NCBI GenBank assembly: GCA_026025795.1
Contig: JAPEUG010000002.1
Coordinates: 62,001 to 126,000, forward strand
Length of the DNA stretch: 64,000 bases
Direction: 5' to 3'
DNA from: Thelocarpon superellum
Taxonomy: Eukaryota
The position numbers were made by a program, and so were the translations under genes. The stretch's first letter is position 1, and each line of letters starts with the position of its first letter. The notes below the pieces were generated by a model, which searched no databases, was not told the origin of the DNA, and saw only the letters and a program-made list of their open reading frames with translations. This document shows, piece by piece, positions 12,530-23,689 of this stretch.

Positions 12530-13231
12530 ATGTGCTGGCTCTCGACATACCCGTCGACGGAAGTTGATGCGCGCCCGGCGCGCTATCTGAACGAGCCCTT
12601 TGACAAACGGGCAGCGTTCTACCGCAAACCACGAAGGTCGCTGTCGGACCGTTCATCATACTATGATGGCGACGACTCGCGCTATCGCGCCAGTCTGATG
12701 AGCGAGAAGCGTCTCCTAGCCGACGCAGGGTATCCGCTGATTCGCGGAGGCGGGTCGATCAGCTCGCGGCACTCGTCTCTACCGCCCGCCTATTCTCCGC
12801 CATCACGGCACTCCACGCCCTACTTCAACAGCCACGGCGCAGACTACGATCCGTCGCTCCGGCCGTACAACTCGCATCTCAACCAGGGCGCGCCGCCCTA
12901 CGGCGGTGCCAACCGGAGCCTCTTGCCGCAGCACATGCAGACGGGGTATAACGCCGGTGGCTTCGCGGGGCCCGTGGCGCCCATGCCGTACGGGATGCGC
13001 CAGAACCACCACGGCGGCTCCTCCGCCCTCCCGGGCGGGATGCGGCAGCTGAACCAGACGCACGCCTATCCGCACCAGTCGCACCACGGCCACCACGGTC
13101 ACCAGCAGGGAGGCGGGCTGTACGGCCATCGTCAGGGTCACATGGGCGGGAATGGGTATCATCATCGGCGGCCGGAGAGCCATCTCAGCTATGCTTCGGA
13201 TGATATCTCGGATCCTTCTTATTCCTTCTAG
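12530..13231 (+). CDS. Low-complexity G/H/Q/N/Y/P/S-rich (prion-like/disordered) hypothetical protein, about 233 aa, single exon
   Basis: ATG at 12530 in a CAAGATG context, TATA-like CCTATAAG near 12341, strong GC3 codon bias, C-terminal half rich in G/H/Q/N/Y. Confidence 0.7.
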   Translation: MCWLSTYPSTEVDARPARYLNEPFDKRAAFYRKPRRSLSDRSSYYDGDDSRYRASLMSEKRLLADAGYPLIRGGGSISSRHSSLPPAYSPPSRHSTPYFNSHGADYDPSLRPYNSHLNQGAPPYGGANRSLLPQHMQTGYNAGGFAGPVAPMPYGMRQNHHGGSSALPGGMRQLNQTHAYPHQSHHGHHGHQQGGGLYGHRQGHMGGNGYHHRRPESHLSYASDDISDPSYSF

Positions 13232-13592
13232 GGCCCCCTGTCCATCTCTGTTCCTCTTTCCTTCCATTGGCGGCTACGTGCGGATGGCGGGTCGATGCTT
13301 TGTATCAAGATTGGACACTTTCTCTCTCGCTCGCTCGTCAACTCACGGTCCCGGCGGCTGCTTGTCTTTTCAATAGATTTCCTATCTCATCCTATCTCGT
13401 CCCATCTCTGACGCGGTGTATCCTGGATGATGGACGGCGCGCGTGGGCTTGGGCTTGGACTTGGCCTTGTTTGGAGTGCGTTTGATTCGACATTGTTTAG
13501 GTATCTGCAAAGAGAACACTTGAGTGCATGTACACCTCTGCAACCCCCTCTCCTCTCCTATCCTGGTCGTCTCCTCTGTTCCCTTTTCTTCC

Positions 13593-15544
13593 TCAACTTT
13601 TCTTCTGAGCAGACCCATTCCCATTCCCAGACCCAGACCCAGACCCCAACGCAACCACATTACGTAAATTACCAAAAGGCAACACGTCGCCTATCCGCGC
13701 CGCACCCGCGAAGAGCATCACAAGCCTGTCGATCCCACAGCCCCAGCCGCCGGTGGGAGGGAGGCCGTGCTCCAGTGCTGAGATGTAAGATTCGTCTATT
13801 TCCATCGTCGCTCCCTTTGAACCTTCTTCCGCGTCGGTTGCTTCGATAGGCGCCGACTTTGAAGTCGCAGCTGTTGACGAGGTGAATTTGGGTGATACGG
13901 ATGGAGGAGAAGAGGGAGAAGACGTGCGTAGTTTCATCTGCTCCTCGAACTTCCGACGCTGCTCGAATGGCGAGTTCTCCTCTTCGTATGTATTTAGCAA
14001 CTCGCGCCCGTGCACGAAGAGTTCGGCGCGAGCGGACACGCGTTGTCGGCGCGACGTGTGTGGGTGGATGTAGGACTTCGATAGCGGCGAGAGACACTCC
14101 GGCGCCTGGACGATAAAGCTTGGTTCCGTGCACTGCGGCTCGATGTACAATGAGGCTAGTTTGTCCAGGAGGCGCGGGAGAGTGGGGTTGTTGGGCGGCG
14201 GGATGGCGAGGTCGGTGAAGGTCTTGAGGATGCTCGATTGGGCGTCGGGCGAGGAGAAATCGGGGAGGGTGATGGACAGAGCTGCTTCCAGCGCCGGAAT
14301 GAAGTCGATCCGTTTGAATGGGCGTTGGAAGTTCACCTCCACGGCTGGTAAAGAGGGGAATTTCTTGGCCTTGAGCCGCTCCGTCTCCCGCGCCAGATGC
14401 ACCATCACCTCCTCCGACATGGCCATCAGCTCTTCAATCCCAGTGTAGGCGGCGTAGAATTCACACGTGGTGAACTCCGGGTTGTGCGTCGTGTCGAGAC
14501 CTGCTCAAATCAGATTGGGTGACGCCGCGGGACGTGCTCTACGTACCCTCGTTCCGGAAACATGGCCCGATCTCGAATACTCGGTCCATATCTCCAATCA
14601 CCAATCGCTTCAACCAGAGTTCGGGAGCGATGCGCAACGAGAGCCTCTTTTCAGGGAATTCCGTTGCCGAAGTGATGAAAGGTCGGGCGATCGCTCCGCC
14701 AGCTCCATCAGCCAGTAGAGGAGTTCCGACCTCCAAGAAGTTCCGATCGAGGAGGAAGCTTCGTAGCGCCTGGATGAGGTACGATCGCAGACGAAGGGTA
14801 TCCGAGGTCCGTCGAGTGACAAGCATGTCGAGATGCCGGTTACGCATCCTCGTTGCTGGGTCCAGAATCTCCGTGGGGAGTGGACGGAGACTCGGCGTCA
14901 AGAGTTGAGGAAGTTTGGTGGCCGTGATGGAGAGCTCTCCTCGACTCGTTCGATGAGGGAATCCCGTGATGGCTGTGAGGGTGAGTGGCCGGTGGCTCAG
15001 CTGTGGCGGAGACGCCCACCATAAATATCTCCACGACGAGCAATGTGGTAAAATCGCTGAAAATCCTCCAGCGCCGCGCCGGAGCCGGACAGCGTGTTGA
15101 GATTGCACAGCCCCTGCACCCGCTGTCCATCTTGAACGAGGTCGATGAAGACCAGCTTCGACCCGGCTACACGGGACGAATGCACTCTTCCTGGTGACGT
15201 TAGCTTTTCTTCTGATATTAGGAGAATCACATCCTACCATGCACGGTCACCAACTCCGACTCAGCGCTCTCTCCCGGCTTGAGAGACGAATAGTGCTGGC
15301 GAAAGGCTTCGCAGCTCACTCTCCTCGTTTCACGGCATATCCGTGGGTATTCCTCAAACCCTCCGGTCCGGAGTTCCCGGACGCGTTCTTGCACGTCATG
15401 ATGTTGTTGTTGCAGACCGACCCGGTCCCGAGCACTCGTGACCGCGGTGGTGTACAGTTGGGCATATAGCTTCTGGAGAGGCCTTTTGGGAGCTTCGACT
15501 CCCTTCCAAAGGTACGGCCGCAAGAGTCGGAGAGCCGGAGCCAT
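13593..15544 (-). CDS. MSK1: Mitochondrial lysyl-tRNA synthetase (class II, multi-exon)
   Basis: Exon ORFs carry OB-fold SKLVFIDL, GELSI, RMRNRHLDML, GGAIARPFIT, LRIAPELWLKRLVIG..RVFEIGPCFRNEG, HNPEFTTCEFY, YEEENSPFEQRRKF and motif 3 HGLPPTGGWGCGIDRLVMLF. Presequence-like N-terminus. Confidence 0.92.
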
Positions 15545-15769
15545 CTGTCCTCCGTGTGATCAGCTTTGTTGTGCACGCCAATTGCAATGATCTAGTCATC
15601 TTGATCCAGATGGTCTAACTTACCTATGTGCTGCCCCTCGGACATGAATGGAAAGCGCCCTTCATCTGTCGAGGGCTTGGGCGTGACGGCTTTGAACACT
15701 TGGTAGCGACTCGGATTGCGTTCAGGTAAGTAACGTTAACCCTGCAGGCCAGACGGACCAATTGTGCAC

Positions 15770-15808
15770 CGTCTGCCATCTGCCATCTGCCATTTGCTAT
15801 CTGCCGTC
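15770..15808 (+). repeat. Degenerate heptamer tandem repeat (CTGCCAT)n in the MSK1/TIM10 bidirectional promoter region
   Basis: gtctgccatctgccatctgccatttgctatctgccgtc. Confidence 0.7.
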
Positions 15809-15979
15809 CTCTAGGCTTCAAGTTGCCCAAGCTCAACCCTGAAGGCCGACACCATCCACCTCGACGAACAGAGTTCCTCTGACCAACCCGTCTCGGAGAG
15901 ACATTATCCTCACCCGCCGCTCATCTGACCCCACAAGGGCATATACAGCCAGCGGTCTCGACCGCTACCCTCACTCATC

Positions 15980-16364
15980 ATGTTTTTCGGATCTAAGCCG
16001 CAGCTGTCAAGTGCGGAGAAGATCAACGCGGCAGAGATGGAGGTCGAGATGATCTCTGACATGTTCAATCGGTAGGCCGATCCGCCGTGGGTTCTCATGA
16101 GCCCAGTGACTGGAATTCCATTCGCCAACTTCCCCGTCTCTACGTCTCGCCATCCGTCTAACATGGCACAGACTCGTCCAATCGTGTACGAAAAAATGCA
16201 TCCCCACCGACTACCGCGAAGGCGATTTAAACAAGGGCGAATCCGTATGTCTGGATCGATGTGTGGCTAAGATGTTCGAGGTCAACGTAAAGGTCAGCGA
16301 GAAGATGCAGGAAGCCTCAGCATCCAAAGGAGGAGCGGCAGGCGGCATGGGCTTCGGGATGTGA
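15980..16364 (+). CDS. TIM10: Mitochondrial intermembrane-space small Tim chaperone Tim10 (2 exons; not in ORF track)
   Basis: Exons 15980-16071 and 16172-16364 (intron GTAGGC...CTAAC...CAG) translate to [77 protein letters not shown]..., which has the twin CX3C motif and the Tim10 signature. Confidence 0.93.
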
Positions 16365-16586
16365 TGGGGCGGGGCACGCTCATCTCGCTATTCCGCAGAG
16401 CTCGAGGCTCGCCACATCGGTGCTTGATTGTGCTTCTCTCAATCCGGTGATGAGGCGCCCGGGGCGCTTGGCTCGGAGAGCCCCTGTACAATACGACTGT
16501 ATATCATCACGATGTAACCTTCGACGCCCCAACCCAGGACATCGCCATGCGTTGCATCCGATTCAAACGACTGGCATCATGTCTCA

Positions 16587-19381
16587 TCACGCGCTGACGG
16601 TCCGACGCATGGTGGAAGGCACCAACACGCGCCACGCCCACCGTAGCACGCCCTCCGACGTCTTCTCCGCCGCTTCCAGCTGGTCTGCCTTGCTTTCCAC
16701 CACCCGCACTTGTCGATCGAACCCCGCCAGGCCGTCTTCCACATCTTCCACCTTCGACAGGAGCGCGCTGAGCTCGTATTCGATCTTGGCGTTTAGCGTC
16801 TCCACGTCGCGGATAGCCTCGGTGAGGTGCGTGCGCTCTTCCGCAAGCAGGGCGGCAGCTTCGGCCCGGAGCGCCTGGTATTCTTCAAGCCGCTGATAGT
16901 AGATGTTGTTGATCTCGTCTTGGTCTTGACTGGCCTGTGCCTCCCACACGTCGACCGCGCTCATCTCGCGGCGCACCCATGATGCCAGCTGCTGCTCCAG
17001 CTCGGACATGCGCTCGCGCATGCGCACCGCCTGACCCGCCAGAAAGTCCTCTTCCGCCAGGGCGCTGGCCACGTTCGCTTCGACGGCGGGTGTCTCGCCA
17101 CGCTCCCGCCCGATCGGCGCCCACGAAAGCACCGCTTCCTCCGCTTCACCAAACGACATGCGTCGGGGCCAACGTGCGTCGTCCCGTGCCTCCAATAATG
17201 GCCTCTCGAGCCGAGAGGTGCTCCGACTTCGACGAAGCCACAGCTGGGTGGCCTCTATTGCTGGCGTGCCTGTACGGGCGTCCTCATCGGCCGTGCGCTC
17301 GGACCCGGTAGCCTTGCCCATCGTGCCGCCTGGCGTCACATTACCACTAGAGTCCTGGCCCTCCTCACCCTCCCGCTCGGGCTCCGTCTCCTGCGAGCCG
17401 TTCATGGGGCGCGAGATGGGCAAGCTCGAGCTGGACCCTATCGACGAGACCATGTGTAGCGTGGGTCGAGCCGAGGCCGATCGGGCCATGTCCAACCCCC
17501 CTCCCCGTCGCAGCTCGTTAGTTCGTGCTTGGAGCGGGTGCGTGCGCTCCACCGTCTCCGCATCGGCCTTGCCCGTGCCGGCGCCAGGTTGCTGGGGGGC
17601 AGATCGAACGAGGGTCAGCGCGGTCTCGCTCCGGTTCTGGTAGGTGCAGGGCGCAAGGTGGGCGTCGACCTCGACGGGGGAGAAGTCGTCTTTCGAGTGC
17701 TTGTGCTGATGTCCGCGTTTTCCCGGGATACCCACGGCGTCCTTGATCCGCCCAAAGCCGCTGCGGGCGTCCGTCATCTTGCCCGTGACGCTCTTGAGCA
17801 CCGTCTTCCGCAGATGCTGGTCACGATCCCCTCCAGAGTCATATGCCGTGGACCCATCTGCCGACGCGCCCTCGTGCGCGCCGATCTCCTCCTCTCGCCG
17901 TCGTGCCGCCGCCGTACCGGCCTCGAGCTCCGAAGAGTCGCGTCGACGCCCCACCCAGGCGTAACCTCCATGGTTGTCCGAGCCAAAGACGAGCCCGTCC
18001 TCGCCGGGCGTGGAGGGGAAGGAGTCATTGCCGAGACTCTTGCGTGGCTTGCCGTACCAGAGCCATTTGCACCGCTCACCGCTCGCGAGTTGGACGAAGC
18101 GTTCAATGTCCACCGTCTCGATGTCGCCGATGCCGGCCTTGTCGCGTGCCCCAACCATACCCATGACCATCTCGCCACCCTTGCCGCTCAGCTCGGCCAT
18201 GGTGGTCTTCACGGCCTTGGGCATGGTCCAGCCATCGCCACTCGCCGCCTTCGACGTCAGCTTACACAGGCGCCCGTGCGTCGGACGATCCAACCGCCGC
18301 GTCCGCAGCAGCTTCTGCGACTTTTGGAAGTAGGCGACGCCCCGCTTGAGCGCCTCCACGTCGAAGGGGTCTTTGGGCACCGGCGCCCCGTAAGCGTGCA
18401 GCCGGTGGCGCGCGCCATGCAACATGCCCATCAGTGCTGCCACCGTCGTCGGGCCGAGGATGCCATCGGTCGGCTCGAGGTCGTAGAAGTCCGTCCCCAG
18501 CTCCGTCCACCAGTCATTGATGGCGCGCTCCGTGACGTCGCAGAGGAGCCCATCCGCGTATTCGGCTCCAAGCTTGCCGAAGATGGTCAGCGCCACCTGG
18601 CACAGCTTCACCAACTCAATCACCGCGCCATAGAAGGAGATACGGTCGCTGGTGCGGTAGAGCTGGTGGAACTTGGCCTGCGTCGCCCCCGTCGGCGGCG
18701 AGAGACTGATCCCCGCCCGACCCGAGCATCCGAGACGCTTCAGGTTCTCGCTCACGAAGAAGTCTTCCCGGTGCTTCTTGGGATCGCCGTCCGGCACGGG
18801 GATGACGGTGAGGGCGGAGGGGAAGCCACTGAGGTTGGTGACCATGAGCCATCCCAGGCTGGTCTCCTTGGGCCGCGCATGGAATTGTGTGATGGCCTCA
18901 TAATACACCCGGAGCCGAGGCGACCACGTCTCCTGATCGGTCGGAACGCTCAGCACGCCCACGAGGACCGATTGTGCCGGATCGCCCGTGTAGGTGGCAA
19001 TGACAAAGGTTGGATGCACGCGCGAGCACGCCCATTGCTCCACCACGTAGAGCTCATAGCCTTCGAGCCGCCGTCCGCGTTCGAGCACCGTCGTGGACGG
19101 GTCGTCCTCGAGGTACCTAGCCCTCCGTGAGCCCTCCCGTCCCTGTCCACCATCGGCACCCAGGAGACTTACCGCAGCGCCACTGGATCTGAGAAAACGA
19201 AGCGTTGATGTGTCTTGCGCTCCGTTGCTCCGCTGCGGTCATGTGAGAGGGAGGTGTGGGTAGACTTGGCGGGGTGGGTGCCATTCCCATCAGACGGCCC
19301 TCCGTCGGAACGGATGGGTCCCGAACGACGAGACGGATCCGGGCCACTCTGCGTTACATCGCCCACGAAGGGCGAAGCCAT
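16587..19381 (-). CDS. STB6: STB6-like (Sin3-binding protein family) protein with C-terminal coiled coil (2 exons)
   Basis: Exon 1 ending HQRFVFSDPVALR is spliced (GTAAGT...CTAG) to YLEDDPSTTVLERGRRLEGYELYVVEQWACSRVHPTFVIATYTGD. Also LMVTNLSGFPS, ENLKRLGCSGR, YADGLLCDVTERAI and DGILGPTT. Confidence 0.85.
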
Positions 19382-20079
19382 AGTTGCCTACCCGGCGTGA
19401 GAGTTTTGTGCATGTCCACCTCATGAAGACATGACCGGTCGGTCTAATGGAGCGGGGGGCGCCCGGGGGCTGGCTTGGAAGTAAAGGGAGAGGAAACAGC
19501 CAAGATTCGTGTTGAATTAATCAAGGGGCACGCCGGCATCGTCCCCCAGGTCTGGAAACACGTAGAAGGGCCCCCGGGAGTCGGGCGGTTTAGCAACATG
19601 TGAAGTTGCTGTAGTTTGGGCGTCCCCCGCCAGAGGTTTGGACATTGGTTCCGTGGTACTTGGTACTTGGTACTTGCACGAAGTACTCCCGTTGGTCGCT
19701 CCACCGCCCGCGAGTCTCGTGCCGCTGATCAAGTGACTTTGCCCCACCACCTAACGACGATCTCAGCAGCCTGGTGCCCTTGTAGTACCGATTGACTGGA
19801 CCTCGCCCTTTCCTCTCCATACCGTGACTCCCACACTTAATGCGAAATCCACGGGTAGATTGACACGGTCAATCGTGATCACTTGCCCGGAGCAGCACGC
19901 CACCTCTTTCCCTGGTCCCCTTTCTAGAGCACGCCCGATGGTCAAGATGTGCTCTTGAGCTCCCCTGGACGCCTCGCAGCTCATGTCTTGCCGCGAGTCA
20001 CGCCGACCTTGACCCAAGCTCCCCTACCCTTCCCTTCGGTGAACATCATCTAGCACGTCCCGCCGGTGCCAACAGTCCG

Positions 20080-21483
20080 ATGGAAGGGCTTTGTCAAGGG
20101 CATGAGGCCCTCTCAAGGGACAGCAACCTCTCGCGGAGCGTGGACGATGTACAGAAGGCCATCGACCTGCTGTTGCAGGCACGCGGCTCTATCGCGGCTG
20201 GTATGCATTGTCTGGTAGCCCCTTCCATGGTGGAGAGTTTGAGGCTGACGTGGTTGGCCACTCCTAGACCCAAGCTCCGCCTCCATCGCCCTGGTTAAGC
20301 TCCAGAATCCGGTCAAGCAGTCTTTCGATCAGCTGAATGGCGACCTGAAGGATGTCTACGCTGGACTGGGTCGATACCAGAAGATCCTGGACAAGGTCAG
20401 CGGCTCTTCACGGAGACCCCCGTCATCTGGAGAGGTGCTAAGCTCGTCCCACAGAACTTCAAGTCGTTGCCGCTACCCACCTCCAACTACGATGCCCTCT
20501 CCTCCCACCCGAACCTCATCAACCGCGCCATCGCGATGCACCTCTTACGTGAGGGCCAGTTTACCGTGGCATCGACCTTTTTAGACGAGGCCGCCTCGAA
20601 TCCACCCAAAGCCGTGCCCACGCCGGGTACCCCCAACCCGTACGAGAGCGCGGAGCAACAGCTCGATCTCAGCCAGCTCAGCTCGGAGTCTCTTCAGCGG
20701 CAATTCGGGGACATGTATCTAATCTTGCACGAGCTGCGTCACCGCCACAATCTGATGCCGGCCATCGAGTGGGCCAAGGAACACAGCGCCGCGCTCGAGG
20801 CACGAGGCAGCAATCTCGAGTTCGAGCTGGGCCGGCTCCAGTTCATTTGGCTCTTCATGGGCGGAGCCTCCATCGACACGTCGGATGGTCTGCAGCGGGC
20901 GCTCGAGTACGCGCGACATGAATTCACCGGCTTCCAGACTCGCTATCTCCGCGAGATCAAGCAGCTGAGCGGGGCCATGGCCTACCGATCAAACCTTCAA
21001 GCGTCCCCATATCGTCATATCTTCCATAATGAGAGCGCCTGGGAGGAAGCCGCCAACGCCTTTACCCGCGAGTTCTGCTCGCTCTTAGGCCTGTCGGCGG
21101 ACTCACCGCTGTATATTGCCGCCACGGCGGGGGCGATTGCTCTTCCCACCCTGTTGAAACTCGCTAGCATCATGAAGGAGAAGAAGACGGAATGGACCAC
21201 ACAGAACGAGCTTCCGGTATGTATGATTCACTCGTGCCGCTTGGCCATTCCTGACTCGCCCCAGGTCGAGATCCCCTTACCGCCCTCGTATCACTTCCAC
21301 TCCATCTTCGTCTGCCCGGTTTCCAAGGAGCAGACGACAGAGCAGAACCCGCCCATGATGATGCCGTGCTGCCACGTCATCGCCCAAGAATCTTTGATGC
21401 GATTGAGCAAGGGGGGTCGCTTTAAATGCCCGTACTGTCCCAGTGAGAGCCATCCTCGCGAGGCGAAGAAGGTCTTCTTATAG
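20080..21483 (+). CDS. RMD5: GID/CTLH E3 ligase RING subunit Rmd5/Gid2 (about 4 exons)
   Basis: LisH-like LINRAIAMHLLREGQF, CTLH AIEWAKEH..LEARGSNLEFEL, CRA FCSLLGLSADSPLY, degenerate RING FHSIFVCPVSKEQ..NPPMMMPCCHVI..FKCPYCP. Confidence 0.9.
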
Positions 21484-21730
21484 GTGTTGTCTCGCGTCTT
21501 CCTCGGGCCTGCGTTTACCTTGGCGGGTGTGATGTGTTCATGCTTGGTGTTTATCTGGTCGCGCCGCGTCACGTTTGGAGGGGGTGCTGGACGTGGTAGT
21601 GAGGGCGGGGCGTTGACGGTGAGATTTGAGGGTCTATGTCTCCAGATGGGGGCACTTACCACGGCTAGGGTATTTATAGTTTTTGTATCTCATCCGTACA
21701 TCTGGACGTTCATCTGCGACGTCGTAAAAC

Positions 21731-23253
21731 ATGGAGCTTCTGCAGCACGAGCAAAATCTGTTGACGCTCGGGTCTGGAGCGGAGAGACCGTATATCTACT
21801 CCATCAGCCCCACTTTCAATGCGGTTGCAGCCATCGCGTCGGACGACTGTCTGCACATCTGCCCCTGCCAGCAGCCCTCTTCCGACTCCTCCTCTTGTCT
21901 GACTGAAATCCATGACGGCGTGACGTGCCTGGCTCGTGCAGATGATGCGGGCCATGTTGTAGCTACGACGGGAAGAGATGGCTTGCTTCGGTGGTGGGAT
22001 ATAAGGACGGGGCAGAAGTCCTTGGAGCTGGGGAAACGTAGGATTTCTCTCGTCTTCTCTACACCATCATCTTGTCGTCTTTACGGTCCAGAATGGCTGA
22101 CTCATGATTCCGTTCTTCCTCCTAATTCCGCTTGAATTTCAGCATCTTTCCTTCCATGCTTTCTACCTCGATTTTCCTCAAAGATCCCGACCGAAAGAAC
22201 TGACAAGACGGCTGCGAGATAGGATCCGATCCCCCGCTGTTGTCTTTGGCAAGCAGTCCCAGTCGCTCCGCTGTAGCCACTGGTTCTGAGCTTGCTCATC
22301 AGCAGGCAGTTGTCTCGTTATGGTGAGTTAAAACATGGTCTTGTAGGTGGATCACCGCGACTGACGCCCAGACTAGGGATCCTCGAGCGCCCGCAGGGCC
22401 ACGGCTCCAATACATTGAAAGCCACAATGACGATGTGACCGAGGTTGGCCTGGCCAAGTCGCTGTCTGGGCTCGCGTTACTCACCGGCATGTCAGGTGCA
22501 ATTTCACCCAACCAATCCAGCTTCATTGCTCACTGGGTCTACGGACGGCCTAGTGAACATTTTCGACATGAATCTCTCCGAGGAAGACGATGCGTTGCAG
22601 CAGGTGTTGAACCACGGATCGTCTATTCATCAAGCTGGTTTCCTCAACGACACCGACGTCTTTGCCCTGAGTCATGACGAGGTCTTCTCCCTTTACACGC
22701 TAGGTGGAGAGGATGAGGCTGCGAACGATGCTACCCCGAAGCAATTTGGAGATTTGCGGGAACGACTGAACTGTGAATATGTGGTTGAAGTGATCCCAGC
22801 TGGTGCTGGGGAAGCGATGGTCGTCGGCGGGAATCACAGGTATGATATGATTGAGGTCACACCACTTCATTCTTGATTTACGCAGTGAGGGCCGGATGGC
22901 TGACAACATGCAGCCAAGATCGAGTGGACTTCCATGTCCTGCAGAAGTCCCCTGAGTGGAGCCTCAATACGAACCCCACCACGCGTCTACGTGCAGGCCA
23001 CCGGAATGAGATCGTGCGGTCGGTATACGTCGATGATCAGGTTTGTCTTTGCACACCGTCCTTCTACCAGTGCCCTGGCCAGCTCACCTGTTAGACGCAA
23101 CGTGTATATTCAGCCGGTGAGGACGGACGCATCCAAGCATGGAAACCGAAACCAACGTTGGGAGCCCTTCCAAGAGAAGCACTGCAGAAAGCAGATCAGC
23201 CGATGAAGCAGCGAAAGGAGAAGGCAAAGGACGGCCGGTATCAGCCCTATTAG
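21731..23253 (+). CDS. WD40-repeat protein, WDR89/YNL035C-like (multi-exon)
   Basis: Exons give TTGRDGLLRWWD, YIESHNDDVTE|VQFHP..LLTGSTDGLVNIFD..EEDDALQQVLNHGSSIH, GHRNEIVRS and VYSAGEDGRIQAW. Ends KDGRYQPY* at 23253. Confidence 0.8.
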
Positions 23254-23501
23254 AGTACATGAACCTAGTCGAAAGGATAAAGATAAATTGCAAATAATCC
23301 TCAGTTTGAGTGTGGGCTGCCAAAGATGATCAATCCGTACCGAGTGTTTGAGGAGGGCGAAGGTGGAGGCTCGGCGGCCGGCGAATCGTTTTGCCGAAAG
23401 CCAGATGCCAGATATCCCGTTATGTCATCCATCGCCCGAAGGACGCCGACGGACGCCGGTTCAGAGGTCGTTGTACCAGATAAGTGCGAGTTCCTGGTCC
23501 A

Positions 23502-23548
23502 CCAGTTCTTGTCCGCCAGTTCTTGTCCGCCAGTTCTTGTCCGCCAGC
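23502..23548 (+). repeat. 14-bp tandem repeat (CCAGTTCTTGTCCG) x3 upstream of HRD3
   Basis: ccagttcttgtccg ccagttcttgtccg ccagttcttgtccg ccagc. Confidence 0.85.
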
Positions 23549-23689
23549 TCTCATCCATCTGCGCTCCCCAGTATGGATCGTGGCAGCTCTTCCCCATTGA
23601 TGATCGACTCCGACCACTGATGTGTTCACACCTGGGAGGTTGCTGGCTCAGCTGCACCTGTGACCTGGTCGTTGGGGGAGGCGGACAAG

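Noticed and set aside
12530..13231. Amyloid-signalling partner (HRAM, PP or sigma motif) for the neighbouring NLR
   Set aside because: No matching pseudo-repeat motif was seen in this ORF or at the NLR N-terminus, and the NLR already carries its own effector domain.
17529..19130. 533-aa + strand ORF antisense to STB6 (likewise 2385-3659, 24232-25110, 49223-50095 and 52964-54223)
   Set aside because: Shadow ORFs expected from high GC3 codon bias on the real coding strand. No motifs, and unnatural composition.
23502..23548. Short direct repeats as a possible CRISPR-like array
   Set aside because: Head-to-tail 14-mers without spacers, in a eukaryotic genome with no cas genes.
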